DNA of 64,000 bases from an uncultured Chloroflexia bacterium (GCA_963752305.1 CAVVXQ010000009.1:1795759-1859758); one strand, 5' to 3'; shown: positions 20,301-31,592, counted from the stretch's first letter. The notes: generated by a model from the sequence alone, not told the origin. Numbers and translations: made by a program.

Positions 20301-20882
20301 TTAGTTTCTCGCCTGATTGAGCGCGAATTGCAGCGATTCCCTAAACGCCTGACTGGTCAAGGTCGCACCCGAAATAATGTTTACGGATGCACTCTGCGCC
20401 TGAATGGCTTCCTGCGTCAGATAAGGCCCAGCAATGGTGCTAATGCGCAGTGAGGTGCGTCGATCACGCGGATAGTCGAGGAACTGAACATCTGTCACCT
20501 TGCCACCCTGAATCACTGCTTCTACCTGGACGTTCCCATAATAGGCATCGGCCACCGAACCGACGTAATTGCCATCGACATACATACCACTTGATGTCGG
20601 TGTCGGCGGAATGGGGGACGGAACTATCGCTGGTGGACGGCTGGCATTTTCAACAGGGGCAGTCGATAGTTTCTCCTGATTGCTTGATGGTGAAATGGAT
20701 GTCACAGGTTGGGCAGGGGCAATAGTATCGGTGATGGGTGTTCCTACACTCATATCAATTGGACTGGTGGATCGCTCATGTATCGCATAAGCAACAAAGG
20801 TGAAAACAACAAAACCCGATAGTAGAAACTTTTTCAACGTATGGGTGACACCGAGAGATTGTGGTGGCTGCGATTTGTACAT
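20301..20882 (-). CDS. Membrane-anchored FMN-binding protein
   Basis: N-terminal TM, Pro/Ser linker, YVDGNYVG, YG.VQV, ISGATLTS flavinylation motif; RBS GAAGGAG. Confidence 0.85.
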   Translation of the reverse strand: MYKSQPPQSLGVTHTLKKFLLSGFVVFTFVAYAIHERSTSPIDMSVGTPITDTIAPAQPVTSISPSSNQEKLSTAPVENASRPPAIVPSPIPPTPTSSGMYVDGNYVGSVADAYYGNVQVEAVIQGGKVTDVQFLDYPRDRRTSLRISTIAGPYLTQEAIQAQSASVNIISGATLTSQAFRESLQFALNQARN

Positions 20883-20978
20883 AACGATCTCCTTCATCAG
20901 GGATATTGGCACGAAGATTGTGGTCAGTGGATGCCGTGAAATATTTTCCATTCCGGTGTTTATTTACGTAAATTCACC

Positions 20979-21026
20979 TTAAACAAAAATTAAACCCAGA
21001 TTAACTATCCCTGAAACTCACCTTAA
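20979..21026. promoter_or_regulatory. TTAA direct repeats at 11-bp spacing upstream of the FMN-binding operon
   Basis: TTAA at 20979, 20990, 21001, TGAA at 21012, TTAA at 21023. Confidence 0.5.
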
Positions 21027-21400
21027 TTCAACTCATGTTCGTGCAATGACCTTATTGTCAAACATGGGTAAATTGAATTTTTCAAGACCCGCACATTCTA
21101 CGGTGTCCCGAATCCGACAATGCTGGAAACTGTAGTCGGCTTTCTTATCCGTCGGATTGAGGGTGTGCATAGGCGTAACCAAGTGGCTGCGCCAACGGTA
21201 ATCTTCACATTAATCAACCCAAATTCGTAAATATTTTAGCTTCTGGCAATGATAGTTGGGTTTAATCAACGAATGCGGCGTTAAAGTTGAGTACAATATT
21301 AGCTAGACGCTGGTAATGTATAATCTATTTAGGATAAGTTCGGGTATCCTACCTAATAGGATGGGGCTGTCCGGCGGTTCGTGAACGAGGGATAATCTAG

Positions 21401-24400
21401 ATGTTGAAATCATTGATTCGATGGCAGGTCAGATGTGTGGTCATCCTGATCTTTTTAATGTTGGTGAATTCGGTTGTCATAGTGGCACAAGATGAGACCG
21501 AAACCCCTGTATTACCAACTGCCACTGAAACCCTGACCCCCCTGCCAAGCCCAACAGATGTACCAACGTCAACGCCGACTGAGGTTCCAACGGAGACAGC
21601 AACTCCGACGGAAACCGAGACACTCACGGCGACAGAGACCAGTGAACCTGTACTGGATACCGCTACAGCGACGGAGACCAGTGAACCTGCACTGGAGGAT
21701 ACCGCCACGCCGATCAGCACAGAAGAATCAACTGAGGAACCAGTGACGGCTACGGCGACCCTACCTGCCGAAACCGAGACGCCAGCAGCGACAGCACTCC
21801 CACCTGAACCACCGCTTAACCTGCTTGTACGGGAATTATTCGACAACAACGATATGTCTGCCTGGGCAAATCCAGGCAGTTGGATTCTGATCGCCAGCGA
21901 ATCGGGTATGGCGCTTCAGGTCACAAACAGCGAAACCGCAATCCAACTCCAGAAGGGGCCATTTTATAACGCCGCTGCCCAAGCGCGTTTCCAAATATAT
22001 GGAGGCAGTGCGGAGATAAGCCTGCGGCAATCATCCCCCGAAGTCAGTTACACGGCTTCACTGGATGCTTCGGGTACGGTGCAACTTTTACGGGCTGGAA
22101 TCCCGGTGCAGACCGCTGTAATCGGCCTTGACCCGACTGCAACATGGCACAACCTTCGAATATCTGCAATTGATGATGTTGTACGGGTAGCAGTGAACAA
22201 TGTTGAAGTCATTGTCTTCCAGGACAGCGCACCCTTGCCGCCCGGTTACGCAGCTTTGGGGGCGCAATTCAGCGACATGACCAGCGAAAGCGCGCCAACC
22301 AGCAACATTTTGCTGGCGGACGATTTCTTCCTGTGGGTTCCTGAAGCCGAAATGGTCAATTATCCTTCACCCACTCCATTATCGACCCTAGAGCCGCCAG
22401 CAACCGAGACACCTGTTCCTCCAACCGTCGAGCCAACTTTGACCGAAGTGCCAGTTGAACCGACGGCTACAGAGATCATCACCGAAACAACTGTTGAGCC
22501 AACAGCAACCGCCACCGAAACGCTGACTGAACCGGAATCTACAGAGGAGGCCGTCACCGAGACGCCTGTTGAACCAGAATCTACAGAGGCCGTCCTCGAC
22601 ACACCTGTGGAGGAAATTCAACTATCCGGGAAAGACCTTGAGGAAGCGCCAGCGCCCAGCGAGGCGCAACTGGCAGAGGCACAGGCGGCGGTCAACGATG
22701 ACTTCCCCGGCCAAGTTTTCGCACCCGCGTCTGCTCCATTTGAACCCTTGGTGGTTTTGAGTGGCGATACAACAGAAGCCACGATGGAATCCAACGAACC
22801 GATTCCAAATTGCGGTCAGAATCTGGGGAAAAGTGTTTGGTTCTCGTTCACTGTTCCGGCAAATGTCCCAGCAAATACACAATTCACACTTTCCACCAGT
22901 GGCAGTGATTTTGATACAATCATCGGTGTGTACACGGGGAACGCAGTTAACGGTTTAACTAAAGTCAACTGCAACGACGATGCTACCACCAAAACATTTA
23001 GCTCTGAGCTGACGATGGTCATGACGGCGGGCACAACCTACGCCATCCAAATCGGCGGATTTAAGGGTCATTACGGTCTCTATCAGTTCCGGCTGCAACA
23101 GGCCGGTATCCCTGTTCCTTCCACGCCAATTCCGTCTCTGCCGACCAGTGGTGCCAACATAGCGGATACCACTCCTGACCTCATCTGGAAACCCGCTAAC
23201 AATGCTTATTCCTACGAGGTTCAGCTTGACACCTCGTCGGCATTCACTAATCCGCTCGACTTCAGTGGCACGCTGGCAGGCAGTTTATGCACAGCGACTG
23301 ACTGTACCATTACGGTGTCATCCACACTGGCGACTGGCAGATATTACTGGCATGTACGCGGCCTGAATGTTAACGGTGTGCCGGGTCGTTGGAGCGCGCT
23401 GCGGGTCGTAACTATCCGCACCACTGCTCCCAGCCTGCTGCTGCCTGCTGACAATCTGGTGCAGTCCAGCACCCGTCCGACCCTGTACTGGTATGCCTTT
23501 TCCACTGCCAAGAATTATCGTATCGTCCTGCGTCAGGACAATACCTGCGACACCGCTGACCCTGCCACCCTCTTCGACTTCCAGTCGACCACCACCTATC
23601 TGCGGCTGTCGCTGACCTCGGTGCTACTCGATCCCTTGCTTCAGGGCGATTGGCACTGGTGTGTGGCCGCTCAGGATCAGGCTGACAACTGGACACCCTA
23701 CAGCCCAGCACGTACTTTCTCGGTCAACATCCTGTATTATCCAACCAATAATCTGACTACAACCGGCACCAAACCCACCTTCCGCTGGTTTGCGGTTCCC
23801 GGTACTAATGTGCGCTACCATCTGCAAGTCGCCGACAGCAGTGATTTCAGCAACATTCTGGTGGATGTCACCGATCTGTCCACCACCCGTTACACCCTGC
23901 CCGATCCCATCAGCAATCCGGATGGCGGTTATGGCGCCTTCTTCTGGCGTGTCCAGGTCAGCATGGATGGTGGTGGCTACCTGCCTGCCAATCCACCTGC
24001 TCGCATCCTTAGGATCAGCCCGACTGCGCCACCCGCGCCGCTGTCCACCGCACCGAAGTCTGGCACCACCCTGAGCCTGACGACACCTCCCTTCACCTGG
24101 AACGCGGTGCCAGTCACTACTGCCGGTGGTCCCTTCTCTTACGAACTCCAGGGGGATACCAGTCCAGCTTTCACCAGCCCACTCGACTTCAGCATGGCTC
24201 CCACTCAGGATCAACTGTCCTTCACTCCTGGCAGTCCCCTGGCTGTTGGCAGATACTACTGGCGTGTCCGTGCCATCAACAAGTTCGGTGTGCCGGGTCG
24301 TTGGAGCGCGCTGCGGGTCGTAACTATCCGCACCACTGCTCCCAGCCTGCGGCTGCCTGCTGACAATCTGGTGCAGTCCAGCACCCGTCCGACCCTGTAC

Positions 24401-26804
24401 TGGTATGCCTTTTCCACCGCCAAGAATTATCACATCCTCCTGCGTCAGGACAATACCTGCGACCACCGCTGACCCGGCGCACCCTCTTCGACTTCCAGTC
24501 AACCACCACCTATCTGCGGCTGTCGCTGACCTCGGTGCTACCCGATCCCTTGCTTCAGGGCGATTGGCACTGGTGTGTGGCCGCTCAGGATCAGGCTGAC
24601 AACTGGACACCCTACAGCCCAGCACGTACTTTCTCGGTCAACATCCTGTATTATCCAACCAATAATCTGACTACAACCGGCACCAAACCCACCTTCCGCT
24701 GGTTTGCGGTTCCCGGTACTAATGTGCGCTACCATCTGCAAGTCGCCGACAGCAGTGATTTCAGCAACATTCTGGTGGATGTCACCGATCTGTCCACCAC
24801 CCGTTACACCCTGCCCGATCCCATCAGCAATCCGGATGGCGGTTATGGCGCCTTCTTCTGGCGTGTCCAGGTCAGCATGGATGGTGGCTGGCTACCTGCC
24901 TGCCAATCCACCTGCTCGCATCCTTAGGATCAGCCCGACTGCGCCACCCGCGCCGCTGTCCACCGCACCGAAGTCCGGCACCACCCTGAGCCTGACGACA
25001 CCTACCTTCACCTGGAACGCGGTGCCAGTCACTACTGCCGGTGGTCCCTTCTCTTACGAACTCCAGGGGGATACCAGTCCAGCTTTCACCAGCCCACTCG
25101 ACTTCAGCATGGCTCCCACTCAGGATCAACTGTCCTTCACTCCTGGCAGTCCCCTGGCTGTTGGCAGATACTACTGGCGTGTCCGTGCCATCAACAAGTT
25201 CGGTGTGCCGGGTCGTTGGAGCGCGCTGCGGGTCGTAACTATCCGCACCACTGCTCCCAGCCTACTGCTGCCTGCTGACAATCTGGTGCAGTCCAGCACC
25301 CGTCCGACCCTGTACTGGTATGCCTTTTCCACTGCCAAGAATTATCACATCGTCCTGCGTCAGGACAATACCTGCGACACCGCTGACCCTGCCACCCTCT
25401 TCGACTTCCAGTCGACCACCACCTATCTGCGGCTGTCGCTGACCTCGGTGCTACCCGATCCCTTGCTTCAGGGCGATTGGCACTGGTGTGTGGCCGCTCA
25501 GGATCAGGCTGACAACTGGACACCCTACAGCCCAGCACGTACTTTCTCGGTCAATATCCTGTCGTATCCCGGTGATAATCTGAGCCTCACATTGACAAAA
25601 CCGACCTTTATCTGGCTGGCCGTCACCGGCGCGAAATACCGACTGCAAGTCGCCGACAACAGCGATTTCATCAATCCCCTGGTGGATGTGATCGATCTAA
25701 CTACGAACCGTTACACCCTGCCCGACCCCATCAATAACGGAGATGGCGGTTATGGCACCTTCTTCTGGCGTGTCCAGGTCAGACTCCGGTAGCGGTTATC
25801 TGCCTGACGAACCACCCTATCGCACCCTTAGGATCAGCCCGACTGCGCCACCCGCACCAATCATTGCCGGTCCGCCAACGGGTTCCAGCAGCGCGGCTAT
25901 GCCAACGCTGGACTGGAGCGACGTACCTGGCACAACGGCAGGTGATCCTTTTACCTGGGAAGTTACCATCGCTACTTCACCGAGATTCCTGGCAAGCACG
26001 ATACAGATTGACCAATCGACAACCGGGTTAACTACCTCAGAATATCTGATTTCTCCGGCACTGCCAGAAGGCACATATTACTGGCGCGTGCGCGCAGTCA
26101 ACAGATTTGGTGCTGCGGGACGATGGAGTGCGTATCGTCTATTCAAGATTGATACCACATCCACCAACTCGCCGGAACTGATGGTTCCTGCTAACAACTT
26201 GTCCACAATTGTCCGCAAACCGTATTTCACCTGGCGAGCACCGTCAGGAGCGGTGAAATACGAAATTCGCTATACCACAAACTTCGATCCGGCAACTTAT
26301 AACCCCGCCGATGGCCTGACTTCATCCGGGACGGTTGTCGTCACTGATCTCAAAACAGCACGCTTCCTGCCCTCGTCACCGCTGCTCATCAGTTCCTATT
26401 ACTGGCAAGTACGCGCATTCGATGCCGCAGGCAATCCATCGCCCTGGAGTGATGTACGGAAGTTCAAGATCAACTCGCTTGTCAATGATGCTCCGCAGCC
26501 ACACCGCTTCGGCCCCAGCGATGACGTCGTACTGACATGGGCACCGATTAGCTGGACAACTAATCCCGCAGGGGGTTATTACGAGGTACAGGTTGACAAC
26601 AACAGCAACTTCCTCAGTCCAGAATACCAGCGCACGAATGCCAGTAGCAACCGTGTCGAAGTGGCAGAGTATCTGACATACCGGGGTGTACTGGTCAGCA
26701 TGACACTGCCGAATGGAACCTGGTACTGGCGAGTCAGAGCGTGCCCGGCCAGCGGAACTTGCGGAAGTTGGAGCACTACAGGAACGTTTACGGTTGAAAA
26801 GTAA
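21401..26804 (+). CDS. Large secreted surface protein (~1800 aa reconstructed) with Thr/Glu/Pro linkers, PPC-like domain and tandem Ig/Fn3-like modules; split by indels
   Basis: Signal peptide; repeated YYWRVRA...WS modules; ORFs 21401-24472, 24535-24927, 24704-25792 and 25743-26804 join once indels near 24462-24480, 24888 and 25781 are removed. Confidence 0.75.
23374..25554 (+). repeat. Intragenic tandem direct repeat, 912-bp unit, about 2.4 near-identical copies
   Basis: cggtgtgccgggtcgttggagcgc begins at 23374, 24286 and 25201. Confidence 0.92.
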
Positions 26805-26822
26805 GCACAGCTTTAGACTGTA

Positions 26823-26852
26823 TAGGGGGCGAACCTCAACATTCGCCTCCTA
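26823..26852 (+). terminator. Probable intrinsic terminator
   Basis: tagggggcgaa...ttcgcctccta followed by ttt. Confidence 0.5.
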
Positions 26853-26926
26853 TTTAAAATTCTACTTTTAAGAAAAGCCCGACCAGGAGGCACTACTGAA
26901 GTCGTTTCACATAGGATACCAGCCGC

Positions 26927-28871
26927 ATGACTAATCATCCTGGCCGCATGGCGAAAGTCATCGTGTTGTTGAGCGTATTGACCGGATGTCTGGTTGTGAT
27001 CGGCTTATTCGCACAGGTTGACAGACCGGCAACCGAACCAGCACTGCCCACCCAAATGGTTCTTCCGACCCTGACACCAACCACCCTGGCAGTCATTGAG
27101 CAGGAGTCCGCGCGTCCGACGGCATCCGCAGCATCAGAATTGTCGTCCACAGCGCCTACAGCCCAGCCAACAGAAATCCGGGTGGCCGAGAGTACAGCAG
27201 CCCAACCCGTCCCGGTTGTTTTACAGCCAACTACGGTTCCTACCCTTCGACTCGAACATTATAGTCATTCCGCCAGTCATTCAACCCGCATCTAACCAAC
27301 CAATTCCGAAGCGATTGACTGTTCAGTTTCAGCCAGGGACACCAGCCGATCAACAGGCAGCTTATATCCAGCAACTCGGTGGAACAGTTGTCCAGACCGT
27401 TCAGCAAATCAATATGGTCGTCCTGGACGTGCCGGACAATATCACTGCACAAATTGTTCCCCCATCACCCATCGTCCTTAACACCGAACCTGATTATTAT
27501 GTCACCGCGCAGGTTGCCCCTCCGAACGATCCATTTTACAGCAGTCAATGGGCGCTGCCGGTCATGAATGTTCCTTCGGCGTGGCCGCTGCTGCCGAACG
27601 ATACGCCAACTATCACGGTAGCCGTACTGGACAGTGGCATCTGCGCGAATAATTCTGAACTGGCTGGACGTATCATCGCAGGTTACGATTACGTCGAGAA
27701 TGACACCGTTCCACAGGATGAGTATGGGCATGGCTGCGCAGTGTCGGGCGTGATCGCAGCCATTACCAATAACGGAATCGGCGTCGCGGGTGTCGCGCCC
27801 AATACTCAGATTATGCCGGTTCGGGTTTTGGATGCCACCGGACATGGTTCGTATACCAATGTGGCGGCAGGATTAGCGTATGCCGCCGATCACGGTGCGA
27901 AGATCATCAACCTGAGCCTAGCCGGAACTGTGCCTGCCGATTTTCTCCGGGACGCCGTTAATTATGCGGTTGCAAAAGGCGCATTAGTCATCGCAGCCGC
28001 AGGCAACAGTGATGGGGGACCGGTAAGGTATCCAGCAGCTTATCCTGCCGCCATCGCTGTGGGTTCGGTTGACTCCAATTTGCAGCCCAGCAGTTTTAGC
28101 GCGGTTGGGCCGGAGATTGATACCTGGGCACCAGGAAGCAACATAGAGGTCATCACATTAGGCGGTGGATACGGGAAGATCGATGGGACTTCGTTTGCAG
28201 CGCCGAATGTGGTGGGGGTTGCAGCCCTGAGCATGGCGCTCAATCTGCCCCTGGTGCTAAATGGCGGTATTATCTCGGTGGCACTTCCGAGCAATATCCC
28301 TCCACAGCTCGCACCCGCTAATAACGCAACTGTCAATACGAACGTCACTGGCTCATCTATCACAATGACCTGGAATACGACTGCTATTTTGGCAGCAGAT
28401 CACTATGAGTTACAGCTTGCGCCACTGGATGATGACCTGAGCGGGGTGACGCCGATAGAAATTTCTGCCCCGAACAACAGTTATACGGCATGGCTGGAAT
28501 TCGGCAGTTATCACTGGCGTGTCCGCTCGGTGAATATCGCCGATGCTGCGTCAGACTGGAGCGATATTCGGACATTTAGTATCGCCACTCCCGCTAAAGC
28601 CCCGCCGCTACTGAACATCTATACAACCGATACTCCAACTTTCACCTGGGCAGCCGTGAGTTGGGCAAGCAGTTATCGGGTCGAGATCAGTACCAGCTAT
28701 GTGTTTACAGATTCTCTGGCATTCTCTCAGAGCGTGGATTCTACCGTTCATACCGTTACGTCCGGGTCACTCGAACAAGGACAGTATTACTGGCGCGTAT
28801 GCGCAATAAGCGGTCAAACCACCTCATGCAGCGCGGCGGAGTCTTTCTTTGTCGATCTGTCGAGCAGCTAG
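26927..28871 (+). CDS. Membrane-anchored S8 subtilisin-like serine protease with C-terminal Ig/Fn3-like modules (frameshift near 27240)
   Basis: PNDP..QW, VAVLDSG (Asp), GHGCAVSG (His), AAAGN, GTSFAAP (Ser); N-terminal TM in ORF 26927-27295. Confidence 0.85.
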
Positions 28872-28974
28872 GTGCGCAGGGTACATAACCGGCATTGCTA
28901 TACTGGAATCCACCAGCCTAATTTTCTGGCAGACTGCACAAATGAACGCTCACTAAAATAGACCGCCTTGCACA

Positions 28975-29003
28975 TTGACAGATGAGTTGCAGCGTGTCAC
29001 AAT
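28975..29003 (+). promoter_or_regulatory. Sigma70-type promoter of the leader/aminotransferase transcript
   Basis: TTGACA-17 bp-CACAAT with TGn extension. Confidence 0.5.
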
Positions 29004-29038
29004 CCCTACCATTCATAGCAGGTAGGGGAATCCCCAAC

Positions 29039-29089
29039 ATGCGTTTAGTTTTGCACATCAATGACACTTTCACTATGACAACACCCTGA
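29039..29089 (+). CDS. 16-aa attenuator leader peptide MRLVLHINDTFTMTTP
   Basis: Short ORF rich in Thr/Met/Asp/Asn/Ile codons, ending where the antiterminator strand begins. Confidence 0.65.
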   Translation: MRLVLHINDTFTMTTP

Positions 29090-29125
29090 TGGGGCGCTTG
29101 TTTGTTTGTGCGTTGAGCGACACAG

Positions 29126-29147
29126 CACCCCATAACGGGGTGTTTTT
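29126..29147 (+). terminator. Attenuator terminator hairpin
   Basis: cacccc-ataac-ggggtg + ttttt; competes with atggggcgct (29089-29098) pairing to agcaccccat (29124-29133). Confidence 0.75.
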
Positions 29148-29177
29148 ATTTTGATCGTCTGGAATGGAGGCTACCGA

Positions 29178-30497
29178 TTGGCTACACAAGTACCTATTCA
29201 AATTGACCTGGATAAACCGGAATTTGTCATTCCGGCGGAGAATCGCATCCCGATCAATCATTACCCAGCAGACATGCTCCCAATTCCGCCGTCGAGGATG
29301 TTTCTCATCCGTGACGCATTGAAGAAATACAAGGCTGTTGCCGGAGAAGATGCGCCAACCTATGACGCATCCCAGGGAGACGGCGGGGCAAGCCTGCCGG
29401 GTGTGCCCGTAGAAATTCTGGATCGCGCCCATGAACTGCAAGTTAAACAGGGCACTGCCTATAACCAGCCCTGGGGAACAGTTCAGTTCCGCAAAGCTGC
29501 CGCCGAAAATTATTGGCATCTGGACGCCAACACTGGATGGGGACCGGAAAATATCCTGTTTGTGCAAGGTGGGCGAGATGGTTTACAGAAAGCCTACAGC
29601 GCGATGGTTGCGTTGAATGGCGAGATTGGGGCTGCATTTGTGGTATCCCGTGTGCCCTGGATTAGCTACAATTGGGGTCCGTATGCAGTTGGATTGAATG
29701 TCCTGCTCGCGCCGGGTCATCCCGAACAGGGTTGGCGATATACCCCCGAAGCGATCAAAGCCAGCGCCGAATATGCTGCTCAAGATGGCCGGGACGTTGC
29801 TGGTCTGCTGATTACTTCGCCAGATAATCCAACCGGGCGCACCATTCCCCTGGATGAGCAAATTCTGCTGGCGCACACTGCATTGGAAAACGGCTATCCA
29901 TTCGTCTTGTTTGACTGGATATATCACTGGGTAACAGATAATGGCCCATCGGACATCAATACTGTACTGAACGCTTTCTCACCAGAAGAGCGTGAACGGC
30001 TCATTTTCCTGGATGGCATCACCAAGAGCCTGGGCGCATCTAATATTCGGAGCGCACACCTGCTGGCGGGGAAAAAGGTGATTTCGTACATCACCAGCCA
30101 AGCATCTCACAGTGTTATCCCCAGCTTTTATGCGCAGGCGGTTGCGATTGCAGCCTACGAAATGGGTTTCGGAAAAGCGGCAGCCAGCATCATTGAGCCG
30201 ACCAAACAAAGCCGCAAAGTGCTGCGTCAGAATTTAACCGCAGAAGGCGTGAATTTTATCATGGGTGACGGCTACTACGCTTTCATCGACTGCACACCTT
30301 ATATTCAGGCAGGCGGTTTGAGCGACTCTGAAGAACTGATGACCTATCTGGGTGAGAAATATGGTGTGGCGGTAGTGGCGGGGGTTTATTTCTCGCAAGC
30401 CGGAGCGAATTGGATTCGTTTCTCGTATGCCTTGCCACCAGAGCGAACGGAGAAGGCTGCGATCCGTCTCTTCGAAGGGCTGAAGTCGCTGGGTTAA
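29178..30497 (+). CDS. PLP-dependent class I/II aminotransferase (aspartate aminotransferase-like)
   Basis: SPDNPTG, FDWIY, DGITKSLG..R, IRFSYA; TTG start after GGAGG. Confidence 0.82.
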   Translation: MATQVPIQIDLDKPEFVIPAENRIPINHYPADMLPIPPSRMFLIRDALKKYKAVAGEDAPTYDASQGDGGASLPGVPVEILDRAHELQVKQGTAYNQPWGTVQFRKAAAENYWHLDANTGWGPENILFVQGGRDGLQKAYSAMVALNGEIGAAFVVSRVPWISYNWGPYAVGLNVLLAPGHPEQGWRYTPEAIKASAEYAAQDGRDVAGLLITSPDNPTGRTIPLDEQILLAHTALENGYPFVLFDWIYHWVTDNGPSDINTVLNAFSPEERERLIFLDGITKSLGASNIRSAHLLAGKKVISYITSQASHSVIPSFYAQAVAIAAYEMGFGKAAASIIEPTKQSRKVLRQNLTAEGVNFIMGDGYYAFIDCTPYIQAGGLSDSEELMTYLGEKYGVAVVAGVYFSQAGANWIRFSYALPPERTEKAAIRLFEGLKSLG

Positions 30498-30520
30498 GTT
30501 CAGACTGAAGAACAGCGATA

Positions 30521-30556
30521 CGCAAACAGGCACCCGATTTGGATGCCTGTTTGCAT
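30521..30556. terminator. Hairpin between convergent genes (possible bidirectional terminator)
   Basis: gcaaacaggca...tgcctgtttgc. Confidence 0.6.
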
Positions 30557-30590
30557 TAGGAGAAGAAGAGAGACAGGATGTTTGTGGGAT

Positions 30591-31157
30591 TTAGCGCAGT
30601 TCCATCACAGCTTCAATGGTCGCCGGGGTGGTGCGGTTCAGGCTCAGGACTGCACCAGTCGGTGGTTTCACTTCCAGCGTGAAGGCGGTGTTGGCGTCCA
30701 GCGCTGCGTCGGTCAGGTCGACCTTGACTTCGGCCAGTTCGCCGTCTTCCAACAGGGCATCACCGTCATTCGCACCAATCCAGGTCACGTCCCAATCGAC
30801 GTTGTTCAGGAATTGGGTGGCATCCCGGTAGCCAATAATTACTTTGCGATTGTCAGCATCCGAGGTCATATCAACCGGGTCGCCACCGGAAACCAGTGAG
30901 ACCGTGAAGACCACATCGGTCACTTTGGCGGTTGCATCAGGATCTTCGGCAACGACTGCGCCTTTGATTGCCATTGAGGACTGCACGCCTTCCAGACCGG
31001 CGTAGATAGCCTGCTGACCTTTTTCAGTTGATGCCGAACCGGCTGACAGAATGGCGAAGGCGAACACCGAGGCTACCACGATGAAAGCGATCAGGATGAT
31101 GGCCGTTTCGAGAGCAGTCTGACCACTCTCATCTTTGTTGAAACGATTTGCGAACAT
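30591..31157 (-). CDS. Archaellin (archaeal flagellin FlaB/ArlB-like)
   Basis: Class III signal ESG|[21 protein letters not shown]; D.LLE.GE and EVKP..GAVL...R..P archaellin motifs. Confidence 0.85.
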   Translation of the reverse strand: MFANRFNKDESGQTALETAIILIAFIVVASVFAFAILSAGSASTEKGQQAIYAGLEGVQSSMAIKGAVVAEDPDATAKVTDVVFTVSLVSGGDPVDMTSDADNRKVIIGYRDATQFLNNVDWDVTWIGANDGDALLEDGELAEVKVDLTDAALDANTAFTLEVKPPTGAVLSLNRTTPATIEAVMELR

Positions 31158-31592
31158 TTGTGGAAACTCCTTGTATGAATTTTTGTGCTCAATGAGCGTT
31201 GTTAACGTTACGATAATTAAGATAATAAAGCGAAAGTCGAAAATAAGAATTAAGGTTCACAACAATTTCATAAATTCATCAATTCTTCATCAGTTACCAT
31301 TGTAAGATACGATATGTATTATTGATTCCCAGGGAAAACCCTCCCGGAAACCTTGTTGAAACACAAAGCTATGCATTGAGAAAGAGCAAATATTAACGTT
31401 GAGAATTCAGTGGAAACAGGCGCGAGATGGATGCGAAAGTTGCCAATTCGGTGATGCGTCAATGCAGTATTAGCGTTTAAAGATTATGGTTATTGTGATC
31501 GTCAAGGAAGGCTTGCGCTTGTGGAGACCCGTTTGAGAAAGCGGTTTAGGAAGAGGATAATATAGGGACGAAATATACTCGCCCCTACGTGT

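Noticed and set aside
23374-25554. Long repeats as a DGR template/variable pair or a CRISPR array
   Set aside because: The unit is 912 bp and coding, the differences are not adenine-specific, there are no spacers, and no reverse transcriptase or cas genes are present.
31158-31592. c-di-GMP riboswitch upstream of the archaellin gene
   Set aside because: No convincing GGCAAA/GCAAA two-stem consensus on the coding strand.
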